Shown: piece by piece, positions 1 through 8,849 of the stretch
How positions within the stretch are numbered: the first letter of the stretch is position 1
Layout: every line of letters begins with the position of its first letter
Virus record (IMG/VR): IMGVR_UViG_3300022689_000310
From: an uncultured virus (IMG/VR IMGVR_UViG_3300022689_000310)
Lineage: Duplodnaviria > Heunggongvirae > Uroviricota > Caudoviricetes
Length of the DNA stretch: 64,000 nt
Strand: one strand, 5' to 3'
The notes under the pieces: generated by a model
Seen by the model: only the letters and a program-made list of their open reading frames with translations
Told to the model about the DNA's origin: nothing
Database searches by the model: none
Made by a program: the position numbers and the translations under genes

Positions 1-68
1 GAAGTGAATAAATTAAGTAAAAATAAAAAAGGTGAAAGTGAATAAAGATGAAAGGATATAAGAAGGAA

Positions 69-764
69 TCAAATAGAAGGAAGGAGTGGAAGGAAGAAAG
101 AGCGAGTAAAGGAAGGATCAAGTTTATATTTAAAGTTAATAAGAACAGATTTAGCAAACTTAAAAAGACCTTTAATAGAGATAGAAATATTAAGGAAACG
201 AGCAGTCCTAAGAATAGAAATAGAGAGAATAGAAGTTATCCAATGATAGATTCTATTAACAGGTTTCCCTTTACGATTAAAAGGACGAATAGAGTCCAAG
301 AAATCAGTAGGAAGTTTTTTACCAAAGACTTTAAGATATTTATAAATTCTTCTTTGTCCACGAGTAACAATTTGATGTACTTGAGTAGGAAGGAAAAGAA
401 GATTAGAAGGATGATTATTAAAAGTATTTCCATCAATATGATGAACTTCATAAGAAGCAACAACAGAATCATCAGGAAAAGAATAAGTTTGTATTCTAGA
501 GTAAGATAAAGAGGAAAGAGATTTAAAGCCATTAGAATGAGCTTCTTTTCCTCCACAACAAAAGAAAGCAACTACTTGATGTTTATAAACAATCTTTTGA
601 TGATTAGAACAAAAGAAATCAAAGAAGTTATTAGAAACTAACAATTCTTTAAGTTCTTTATTTTGAGGAAGAGAAAGATCATAAGCGACATATTTATGAG
701 GATATTTCCCTAAATACATGGATTGAGCTTTATTTAAAACAGGAAGTAAAGTATTATAATTCAT
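69..764 (-). CDS. HNH endonuclease (homing-endonuclease-like)
   Basis: YEVHHIDGNTFNNHPSNLLFL...H is a canonical HNH motif, preceded by the VYKHQVVAFF segment typical of phage HNH proteins. Confidence 0.85.
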   Translation of the reverse strand: MNYNTLLPVLNKAQSMYLGKYPHKYVAYDLSLPQNKELKELLVSNNFFDFFCSNHQKIVYKHQVVAFFCCGGKEAHSNGFKSLSSLSYSRIQTYSFPDDSVVASYEVHHIDGNTFNNHPSNLLFLPTQVHQIVTRGQRRIYKYLKVFGKKLPTDFLDSIRPFNRKGKPVNRIYHWITSILSISILRTARFLNISISIKGLFKFAKSVLINFKYKLDPSFTRSFFLPLLPSI

Positions 765-810
765 AATAAATCAATTTAATATCCATTTTTCATAAATGGG
801 TTTACATTAA

Positions 811-843
811 AAATCCCCTTTAATTTTTAATCAAAGGGGATTT
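811..843. terminator. Hairpin, probable intrinsic terminator
   Basis: AAATCCCCTTT ... AAAGGGGATTT perfect 11-bp inverted repeat with A/T-rich flanks. Confidence 0.6.
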
Positions 844-884
844 ATTTATAGAGATATAAATTTATATATTAAATATAAATAAAA

Positions 885-1200
885 TAAAAAGGGAGACAGA
901 TTACTCCCTTGAGCCAGACTCCCAAGTTTCTGGAAATTAATCAATGTCCCCAAAGGAACCAAAAGAAAGAATCAAATGGAAAAGGGGAAAATGAAAGGGA
1001 CTCCCTGCATCAGAGGCATACAGTAACCTTAAGAGTGAATATAAAATATTCACAAAGTGATATAGGAGGCGTGCCAGTCGTTATTAAGTCTCTCTTTACT
1101 CCTCTTGAAATAGTCCCATGACAGGACGAACCCTTTAAAACTCTCCTCTGAGCATCCGGGGGGTGAGGACCCTACGTATGAAGTAGTCCGTTGCTGACCG
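885..1200 (-). ncRNA. Putative structured ncRNA, copy 1 (unknown family)
   Basis: Relatively GC-rich intergenic island with many hairpins. The core at 1073-1198 shares three sequence blocks with copy 2 and ends on the minus strand in hairpin GGGAG..CTCCC plus a U-tract. Confidence 0.55.
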
Positions 1201-1324
1201 CTAGAATATTTTAATAAAAGTCCAAAAAGGAAAAACTCAAACTCTTAAAAAGAAGAAACAGAAATAATAAAATATCTGTTGAGTAAAATCGATTAAGGAA
1301 GTTATCCCTAAAATTCTTATCAAA

Positions 1325-1630
1325 AGGGAAAAGGACAGATTTGTCCTATGAAAAGTCCCACACATTTCTCAAGCAAATGTAAATCTTCAAAGAGATCAAG
1401 TGGAAATCCTGGTCGTTATTAAGCGTCTTTGCTCCGTCAGTATGTAAGATGTTCAAAGAGATTAAAATCCGAAGTAAGGAAAGTCAATCAAAAGAACAGA
1501 GCCCTTGAGAGTATAGTGACGGTGTGTGCTCTACGAATGAAGTAGTCCGTTGCCAGGTAAAATAAATAATCAAGAGAAGGAATTGTTTTATCCTGACTTG
1601 TTAGCGAGGTTACTATCCAAAGTTGATTAT
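1325..1630 (-). ncRNA. Putative structured ncRNA, copy 2 (unknown family)
   Basis: Core at 1408-1557 is closed by CCTGG/CCAGG with an inner CCGTCA/TGACGG stem and carries the same conserved blocks as copy 1. Ends on the minus strand in hairpin AGGACA..TGTCCT plus a U-tract. Confidence 0.55.
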
Positions 1631-1636
1631 AAATAA

Positions 1637-1645
1637 ATTATATCA
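1637..1645 (-). promoter_or_regulatory. Extended -10 promoter (TGnTATAAT)
   Basis: Minus strand reads TGATATAAT just upstream of the structured region; the AT-rich background weakens the call. Confidence 0.4.
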
Positions 1646-1895
1646 TAAAGAGAAAAGAAAAAAAGGAGCAAAAGGAAAGAAAAATGAAATGAGTAGAAAT
1701 AAAAGAATTAAATAAAAGAAGAATAAAAATTAAAAGCTAAAAGAAAAATTATGAAAGGAAAGATATTCAATAATATATTCAATTTAATAATAGGTTATAT
1801 AGGTATATTAAAGGGTATAATAATATGGTATGAAGTAATAAAAGGGAATAAAAGAAAAGAAGAATTATTTAATATATTAGAGGGAAAAGATATAA

Positions 1896-2831
1896 TTAAC
1901 CTATAACAGCGGAAGAAAAAGCTGCTCTTGAAGAGGAAAGAGAAGAAGAGGAGACTAAAGAAGAAGAAGGAAAGGAGTGAGAAAAAGTATATAAAGAGGT
2001 AGAAAATAAAGCTCTTGAAGAGGATAAATAAGAAGAAGATGTTAAAGGTGGAAATTCTTCTACAAAGTAAAGGGAACTCTTCTTAAAAATAGCTCTTTTA
2101 GAAGAGATATATAAAGAGTTGTCTAAAACAAGAGGTTCAATAGTATCTACTTGAAGAGTATTAGCAAGATCCAATTGAGGACCTCTACTAAAGTAAACCT
2201 TATCATTTATAGAATATTTAGCGAAGAGAAAATAAGAAGAGAAAGTATCAATAAAGTAAGGTTCAACGTTAGGAGTTAAATAATAATTATTAAAGGGGTC
2301 TATAGTATCAATAGGAGTAAAAGTATTATTATTAATATCATATGACATAATAACAAAATTCTCAAAAACAAGATTATCTGGAGTCCAATCTTTATCTGAG
2401 AATAAAACTTTAAGAGAATAAGGAGGAACTATTCTAAATATCCTTTCAGTATATTGTTTAAGAACGTATTTAATACGAACATTATTAATATTTTCCCAAG
2501 GGATAGAGAATGAATCAAAATAAGTATTAAGAATATAATCTGTAGGTCTAGTTTTAATTATTAAAGTATCGCGAATATCAGGTTCACTAGTAACATAAGC
2601 AAGAAAAGTAAAAATACCTAATCTGAGACCAATATCAATATCAAGAGTAATATTATCTTCAGAAGAAAGATCTAAATAATCTCCAGTTTCTTGAGACCAA
2701 GTAAGATGAGAAGCATTAGTAAAAGGGGTAATAGAAATAGAAGAGGCACAGAGGATAAGAATTTCATTACCTAATTCTAAGTAAGTATCTTCAAGTTTAG
2801 ATATGAAATGAATACATTTAATAAGAGTCAT
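1896..2831 (-). CDS. Hypothetical, probable virion protein with three C-terminal SSxRAxF repeats
   Basis: 311-aa ORF co-oriented with the structural pair; SSKRAIF/SSSRALF/SSSRAAF repeats in a Ser-rich tail. Confidence 0.6.
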   Translation of the reverse strand: MTLIKCIHFISKLEDTYLELGNEILILCASSISITPFTNASHLTWSQETGDYLDLSSEDNITLDIDIGLRLGIFTFLAYVTSEPDIRDTLIIKTRPTDYILNTYFDSFSIPWENINNVRIKYVLKQYTERIFRIVPPYSLKVLFSDKDWTPDNLVFENFVIMSYDINNNTFTPIDTIDPFNNYYLTPNVEPYFIDTFSSYFLFAKYSINDKVYFSRGPQLDLANTLQVDTIEPLVLDNSLYISSKRAIFKKSSLYFVEEFPPLTSSSYLSSSRALFSTSLYTFSHSFPSSSLVSSSSLSSSRAAFSSAVIG

Positions 2832-2841
2832 AAATTATAAG

Positions 2842-5800
2842 TTATAAAGAAGGATATTTTACATAACCATAGGATCCCGTAATACTTTTACCATTATCAG
2901 AAGGGTTGAATATTAAATAGTATAGATGCAGATAAGGTGGAATGTTAGTACTCATATTATCATTATGTCTATGGAAAACCACTTCTCCAGGAGCTGGTGT
3001 ACCCTTTTCATCATCATAAAATAGAGGAGCTTTAACACCATTAATATTTATATCTAATTCTAATTTACTACCAGAGATAGGAGCAAGATATAAAGGATCA
3101 GGAGTAATTCCTAAAGGACCATGAGGAAATTCTATTTTAATACCTTCCGTAATAGAAGTACCAGAGACAGTGAAACCAGAAGGGAAGTTAACATTTCTAT
3201 TAACAGGAGCAATATAAAGGTTATAAAAGAGTTGATAACTTGTAGTATTATCCATCAGAAATCCATTAGCCATATATTGTAATAAATATTGTCCTGTCTC
3301 AAAAACAGGAGTAGAACCAGTGCCATTAGAGAAAGAAATATCTAAATTATGTGGTCCTTTTTGTAAAGAGGTATGAGTAACTCTTGATGCTGGATGATCT
3401 TCTACCCAATTAGATCCATCCCAACCATATTTAGCCCAACCATAATTAAGAATATCATAATAACGAGAATCATATTGTGTATAAAAAAGATTACTGAAAC
3501 TAACAGAAGTCCAATGATCAACTGTATTAAGACCTAAATCATCATCTAATAAAATAAATTCAAATATCCAATCAGTATCAATTGTTGATTTAGAAGAATT
3601 AAGATGAACTAAATTATTAGACGAATCTATATGAGTAAAAATACTAGTATTAGTTACTAAGTAACCCTTCCATATAATAGGATTACCTAGATAACTATTA
3701 GTACTAGCTAAGAATCCGGGTTCATCATTGACATCAAACCAATCCCAATTATCTAAAGCTTTATTAGTAATATATGGTGTTCCTTCAATATCATCAATGA
3801 TATTAAAATCAGTTCTTCTAGTATAAACATCTAATCTTGTTGTACTTGTTGAATTAAATCTAAAATAATAATATCCATTTACCCAGATATCACCAGCGGG
3901 CCAATAAATTAGATATAGAGGATTACCAGAGGACCCAGCTCCATATCTAAAATAAATATTAGTACATTCAACAGAAGAACTATTATTAATATTCCACCAA
4001 CTGATAATATTAGAATCAGCAGTAAGACGATAATTATTAAATCTAGCAGGATCAAGACCTGAGGTAGTAACTATAGCCATATCATAAGTAGTACTATCTC
4101 TATTAATTTTTATATAAAAAATATTACTCCAGGAGTTAGGTATAGAGGCACTGTTATAAGGAAGATTAGAACCATTAACACCTCTAAGCAATAAAGGTAA
4201 AGGAGTAGACCAGTTATCACTATTACTCATTCTGCCATTAAAGATAGCAAATACTTTACTATTAAACCCTATATCAACAGCGTGACAAGGTTCATTAACT
4301 AATTTAGTTACGGTAGAAGTATCGTAATTAATTACATATAAACCAGTTTCTTTACAAGCCGCATAAATCTTTCTATTAGAATCATCAAACGAGATCTGTT
4401 TTAATTTAGTAACTGGCAATACAGGAATAGAATCTTTATCCCATGTTCTAAAATGACCATCATATAGATTTAATACTGTAAATCCCTTTCTATCCCACAT
4501 TACTATTTCTTCTTTATTCCAAGGACAAGGAAATTTAGGATAGCCTGAAGAACTACCCCTATGTCTTTTATGTTTTATACCACCATGTATAAAAGGTAAA
4601 GGAGTATATAAATCATTCTCCCAACTATTTCCATTATATGTAGAGTAATTTTTAGTTCTATAATTAAAATCATTAGAACCTCCATATTGACAAGCTATTG
4701 TTATAAATTTCCTTATCCATACTTGATAGGTTGCTGTTCCTACAGACCCACCATTAGTTATTTGTATTCGATATACTTCAGGAAATCTAGTCTCTGGTTG
4801 CCAAGTACCCTCTACTTTTATATCTCCTCTTGTTGTAGCGTTCTCTGTAGCTTCCCAAAAAGGTCTCTCAGCTCCTGCCCTTTTCATAAATCTACTTTGA
4901 AATGGCTCTGTCAAAGTATCAGTATATTTAAACCAATCATACGTAGACCCATTGCCCTGTGAATGTCCTTTTTCTGCATTAGAGCCTAAAATATTCATTA
5001 TTTTAGGTTGAGTAGTACTGTCATGGTTAAGTTTCTGATCTTGATCTCCAAATACTCCTAAGAATACAGTATTAAAAACCATACCATAAGCAGTATTAAA
5101 TAAGTCAAAATTTGTAGGATCAGATTCCCAAGTCAATGTCTTAGCTCCTATAGTTGAACCATACTTTCCATTATGTCCGATTATGTAATTCCTAGATACA
5201 TTTATATATTCATATCCATTTATAGGATCTTCTTGTATAGTAGTTGGTAAAGCACAGTATCTAGGAGAAATATTTCTAATATTAAAACTGTCATTAATAT
5301 TAATATTAGAAGTAAGAGCTAAGGAAGCAGATTTACTTTTATTAAATATTCCTATAATAGGAACTTCAAGATTGTAATAGATATCAAGATCCTCATATGC
5401 ACCTTGTGTAATGGGAGGATCAAGAATAATAGAGGAGATTACATAACAAATACTAGAACTACTATGATCTGAAATCATAAGTACGTTAAATGTAGATTCA
5501 GCTCCTGTAGAAGGAAATCTAGAATATGTTTGAGAATATAATGGTTCATCTTCTATCCTTCCAAAACAAGTACTCCTTTCAAATCCTTCAGGGAGTATAC
5601 TTCGCATTAAAGAAGGGTTAGAATTTATACTTATATTATAATTAAATGTAGTATTTGGATATGTGTATCCCGGAATATTAACTCTCCAAATATAAAAGCT
5701 ACTAAAAGATAAAGATCCATCATTTATATGATGTCTTGCTAATGATGAATAGAATCTTTCATGTAAAAAGTTAACTTTTTCTATTGGTTCTCTAGTTTCT

Positions 5801-5871
5801 TTTTTAGTGATAGAGTCTATAAATTTAATAGTATATCTACCAGTTATTTTTAAATCTTTACTATATTTCAT
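2842..5871 (-). CDS. Large beta-rich virion/tail protein, paralogue A
   Basis: 1009 aa, rich in G/N/S/T/W, colinear similarity to 5874-8834 (PEVYRIQITNGGSVGTATYQVW, EPCHAVDIGFNSKVFAIF). Confidence 0.65.
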   Translation of the reverse strand: MKYSKDLKITGRYTIKFIDSITKKETREPIEKVNFLHERFYSSLARHHINDGSLSFSSFYIWRVNIPGYTYPNTTFNYNISINSNPSLMRSILPEGFERSTCFGRIEDEPLYSQTYSRFPSTGAESTFNVLMISDHSSSSICYVISSIILDPPITQGAYEDLDIYYNLEVPIIGIFNKSKSASLALTSNININDSFNIRNISPRYCALPTTIQEDPINGYEYINVSRNYIIGHNGKYGSTIGAKTLTWESDPTNFDLFNTAYGMVFNTVFLGVFGDQDQKLNHDSTTQPKIMNILGSNAEKGHSQGNGSTYDWFKYTDTLTEPFQSRFMKRAGAERPFWEATENATTRGDIKVEGTWQPETRFPEVYRIQITNGGSVGTATYQVWIRKFITIACQYGGSNDFNYRTKNYSTYNGNSWENDLYTPLPFIHGGIKHKRHRGSSSGYPKFPCPWNKEEIVMWDRKGFTVLNLYDGHFRTWDKDSIPVLPVTKLKQISFDDSNRKIYAACKETGLYVINYDTSTVTKLVNEPCHAVDIGFNSKVFAIFNGRMSNSDNWSTPLPLLLRGVNGSNLPYNSASIPNSWSNIFYIKINRDSTTYDMAIVTTSGLDPARFNNYRLTADSNIISWWNINNSSSVECTNIYFRYGAGSSGNPLYLIYWPAGDIWVNGYYYFRFNSTSTTRLDVYTRRTDFNIIDDIEGTPYITNKALDNWDWFDVNDEPGFLASTNSYLGNPIIWKGYLVTNTSIFTHIDSSNNLVHLNSSKSTIDTDWIFEFILLDDDLGLNTVDHWTSVSFSNLFYTQYDSRYYDILNYGWAKYGWDGSNWVEDHPASRVTHTSLQKGPHNLDISFSNGTGSTPVFETGQYLLQYMANGFLMDNTTSYQLFYNLYIAPVNRNVNFPSGFTVSGTSITEGIKIEFPHGPLGITPDPLYLAPISGSKLELDININGVKAPLFYDDEKGTPAPGEVVFHRHNDNMSTNIPPYLHLYYLIFNPSDNGKSITGSYGYVKYPSL

Positions 5872-5873
5872 TT

Positions 5874-8834
5874 TTATAATGTGGGGAACTTTAGATAATT
5901 ATAATGACCTGTGATTATCTTATTAATATCTACTTCATTAAAGATTAAATAATATTCATCTAATCTATTATCGCTGGGATTCGTAATATTATTTCTATTA
6001 AAAACTACTTCTCCTAAATCAGGTTTTTCTTTATTTTGTGAGTAAAAGATATATCTTTCCAAATTTCCTACTTTTATAGACATATTATTTCTATTACAAG
6101 CCTCTACCATATAAAATTCTGGGTCAGGATCTACACCAAGAGGACTCTTAGGAAAATGAACTTTAATACCTTTATTAGGTAAATATTCACCTTGTACGGT
6201 AAAGTTATCAGGGAAATTAACAGTAACTTTTGGTAAATAAGTTTCAAGGCTTTGAACTTTATAGTATGTAGTATTATCATGAAATAATCCATGACAGATA
6301 TATTGTAACAAATATTGATTATTCTCAAAATTACCAGAGAAAGATAATATTAATCCATGTATTCCCTGTTCATTTGTATTATGAGTAATTTTTCCATTGG
6401 GGTCTCCTAATATCCAATTAGAACCATTCCACCCATATTTATCCCAAGCATGATCTTTAATAGAATAATTATTAGTATTAGACTGATTAGATATTAAATT
6501 AAATAAAGAAAAGTAATTCTTAGAAGATAGATAGAAACATAAATCTCCATCTAATACAAAGCATTTATATATAGTATGATACTTTCTATTACTTAAATTT
6601 AACCCATCCCACTTAATTAATACTTCTAGTTCATATCCTTCATATATTCTATCTGCCATTAAATTATCATTCCACAATACTGGATTCCCAGAGTTAAAAT
6701 AATAATAATTAGTATTAAAAGAATTTTCACCGAACCATTCCCAGTTATCTATTTGTTTATTAAAAATAGTGAAATTAGTTGATTCTTGATAACTATCTTC
6801 TAAAGTAAAAGATGTATTACTTGTATATCCTGAATAATTAACTGAAGTTGTTGAATTAAATTCAATAAGTTTATTATGAGTTACCCATCTATTTCCCTTT
6901 TTCCAATATTCTAAAGATAATGGATCATAACACAACCCAAAATTACTTATATATATATTTGTACATTCAGTAGATGATGTATTATTTATGTTCCACCAAT
7001 TTATTATAGCGGAGTTACTACTTATATAATATTCATTGAATTGAGCAGGAGTATTACCACTTGTAGTAACAATAGCTATATCATATGTTGTACTTTCTTT
7101 ATTTATCTTAATGAAATGTACATAATCCCAATCTTTAGTAAATGAATTAGTTCCTATATCACTACCATTTATTCCTTTTGCTAGTAATGGTAAAGGTGTG
7201 TACCAGTTATCACTATTACTTAATCTTCCATCAAAGATAGCAAATACTTTACTGTTATATCCTACATCGACTGCATGACAAGGTTCTATTACAAGATGTT
7301 CGACTGAATTATTTATATTATTTATTCTGTAGAGACCTGTTGCTTTACATGCTATATATATATATCTATTAGGAATATCAAAAGATATCTGTTTGATTTT
7401 AGTAGCTGTCAGAGTGTTAATAGAAAAAGCATCCCAAGTAATAAATTCTGAAGTGAATAAATTTATTCTAGTTATACCTTTTCTATCATACATAAATATT
7501 TCTTCTTTATTCCAAGGAGAAGGTAATTTAGGATAGAATTGAAAACTACCATGATGTCTCTTGTGTTTTAAATATGAATGTAAAAAACTAATACAAGAGG
7601 GTCTCTGATTCTCCCAATAATTTGAATTATTATCTTCTATATTACAATCACTAAAGTTATAGTATAGAATTCCACTATTATTATTTTTAGATAATTGTGC
7701 AAACTTCTTTATCCATATTTGGTATGTTGCGGTACCTATACTACCTCCATTTAGTATTTGTACTCTATATATTTCAGGGAATGAAGTTATAGGAGTCCAT
7801 TCTCCAGATATATTTATGTTTCCATTATTCTTTGGCTCTTCATCAGGATTATAATATGGACTTATAGCCTCTTGTATTTTCATATATTTGGTCTGTAAAG
7901 GAGCATTAGGAACTATTAAAGGATCATATTCATATTTGAACCAGTCAAGTCCAGAATTATACCCTTCTATAAAACCGATATCAGTGCCCGCACTTCTAGC
8001 TATTATAGGAGATGGGTTATATATAGATACTTGAGTATTAGTACCAAAGCATCCTGTTATAACTGTATTTAGAACGGTACCATAACGGGTATATTCATGA
8101 TTAGTCTCTGAAGGGTCAGTTTGCCAGACTCTAGAAATCTGACAATAGTTTCCCCCTTCTATATCTGAAGTTCCTAGATGGTCTACTCCTTCACCAATTT
8201 GTAGAAAATGATATCCCAGATCACCATAAATTCTAGGACTTAAAGGAGATTCATGGTATGAAGCTTTCATTATATGATGCCCTCTAATATTCTTATTTGA
8301 AATAATAGAGGGAATAATATTGAGATTATTGATTCTTGATTTGAAATAATTACCTGTATATGGTATCTCGATATTATAATAAATATCTAAATCTTCAAAT
8401 TCGCTTTGAGAACAATAAGGTGATATTATTAAACTTGTAAAAGGATGCGTATAGTAGTTGACATATACTGAACTAGATAGACCTACAATATTGAATATTC
8501 TTAATGAACCGATAGCTCTAAATCTTCTGGTTATTATAAAATGAGGAACTTCTTCTTCTTTAGTCGTAAATATTTTATAAGCTACATCTCCTGCTCTTAC
8601 TTCTCCTTGAGCTATATTATTAGTATTTAATCTATAATCATATGATAATCTAGGGTATTCATAATTATCTAAATATGCTATAAATAATTTAAAATCAGAT
8701 ACTGAAATACTATTAGAAAATGAGGATCTATAAAAATTTTCATGTACAAAGTTTTCTAATTTTAATGGAGGTCGAGTTTCTTCTCCAGTATATGTATGTA
8801 TAAATTTTATTTCTACTTTACCTTTTATCTTCAT
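5874..8834 (-). CDS. Large beta-rich virion/tail protein, paralogue B
   Basis: 986 aa, full-length paralogue of 2842-5871 (PEIYRVQILNGGSIGTATYQIW; C-termini KFPTL versus KYPSL). Confidence 0.65.
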   Translation of the reverse strand: MKIKGKVEIKFIHTYTGEETRPPLKLENFVHENFYRSSFSNSISVSDFKLFIAYLDNYEYPRLSYDYRLNTNNIAQGEVRAGDVAYKIFTTKEEEVPHFIITRRFRAIGSLRIFNIVGLSSSVYVNYYTHPFTSLIISPYCSQSEFEDLDIYYNIEIPYTGNYFKSRINNLNIIPSIISNKNIRGHHIMKASYHESPLSPRIYGDLGYHFLQIGEGVDHLGTSDIEGGNYCQISRVWQTDPSETNHEYTRYGTVLNTVITGCFGTNTQVSIYNPSPIIARSAGTDIGFIEGYNSGLDWFKYEYDPLIVPNAPLQTKYMKIQEAISPYYNPDEEPKNNGNINISGEWTPITSFPEIYRVQILNGGSIGTATYQIWIKKFAQLSKNNNSGILYYNFSDCNIEDNNSNYWENQRPSCISFLHSYLKHKRHHGSFQFYPKLPSPWNKEEIFMYDRKGITRINLFTSEFITWDAFSINTLTATKIKQISFDIPNRYIYIACKATGLYRINNINNSVEHLVIEPCHAVDVGYNSKVFAIFDGRLSNSDNWYTPLPLLAKGINGSDIGTNSFTKDWDYVHFIKINKESTTYDIAIVTTSGNTPAQFNEYYISSNSAIINWWNINNTSSTECTNIYISNFGLCYDPLSLEYWKKGNRWVTHNKLIEFNSTTSVNYSGYTSNTSFTLEDSYQESTNFTIFNKQIDNWEWFGENSFNTNYYYFNSGNPVLWNDNLMADRIYEGYELEVLIKWDGLNLSNRKYHTIYKCFVLDGDLCFYLSSKNYFSLFNLISNQSNTNNYSIKDHAWDKYGWNGSNWILGDPNGKITHNTNEQGIHGLILSFSGNFENNQYLLQYICHGLFHDNTTYYKVQSLETYLPKVTVNFPDNFTVQGEYLPNKGIKVHFPKSPLGVDPDPEFYMVEACNRNNMSIKVGNLERYIFYSQNKEKPDLGEVVFNRNNITNPSDNRLDEYYLIFNEVDINKIITGHYNYLKFPTL

Positions 8835-8849
8835 GAAGACTTTTATTTA

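Noticed and set aside
48..509. Plus-strand 153-aa ORF, and 236-571 on the minus strand
   Set aside because: Shadow frames of the HNH gene produced by strong purine skew; no motifs
909..1121. Plus-strand 70-aa ORF in the structured island
   Set aside because: TTG start, against the local gene direction, and not preserved in the second copy of the element
1104..1133. Hammerhead-like GTCC..GGAC-GAA hairpin
   Set aside because: Lacks the CUGAUGA core and GAAA, and is absent from copy 2
1073..1557. Group I intron, tmRNA or tracrRNA interpretation of the repeated blocks (GGACTAC, GCTTAATAAC, TAGTCCGTT)
   Set aside because: No complementary P7 partner or interrupted host gene, no tRNA-like ends or tag frame, and no CRISPR or cas genes; only short coincidental matches
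1073..1557. CRISPR mini-array
   Set aside because: Only two copies of each block, about 340-360 bp apart, with no repeat-spacer periodicity
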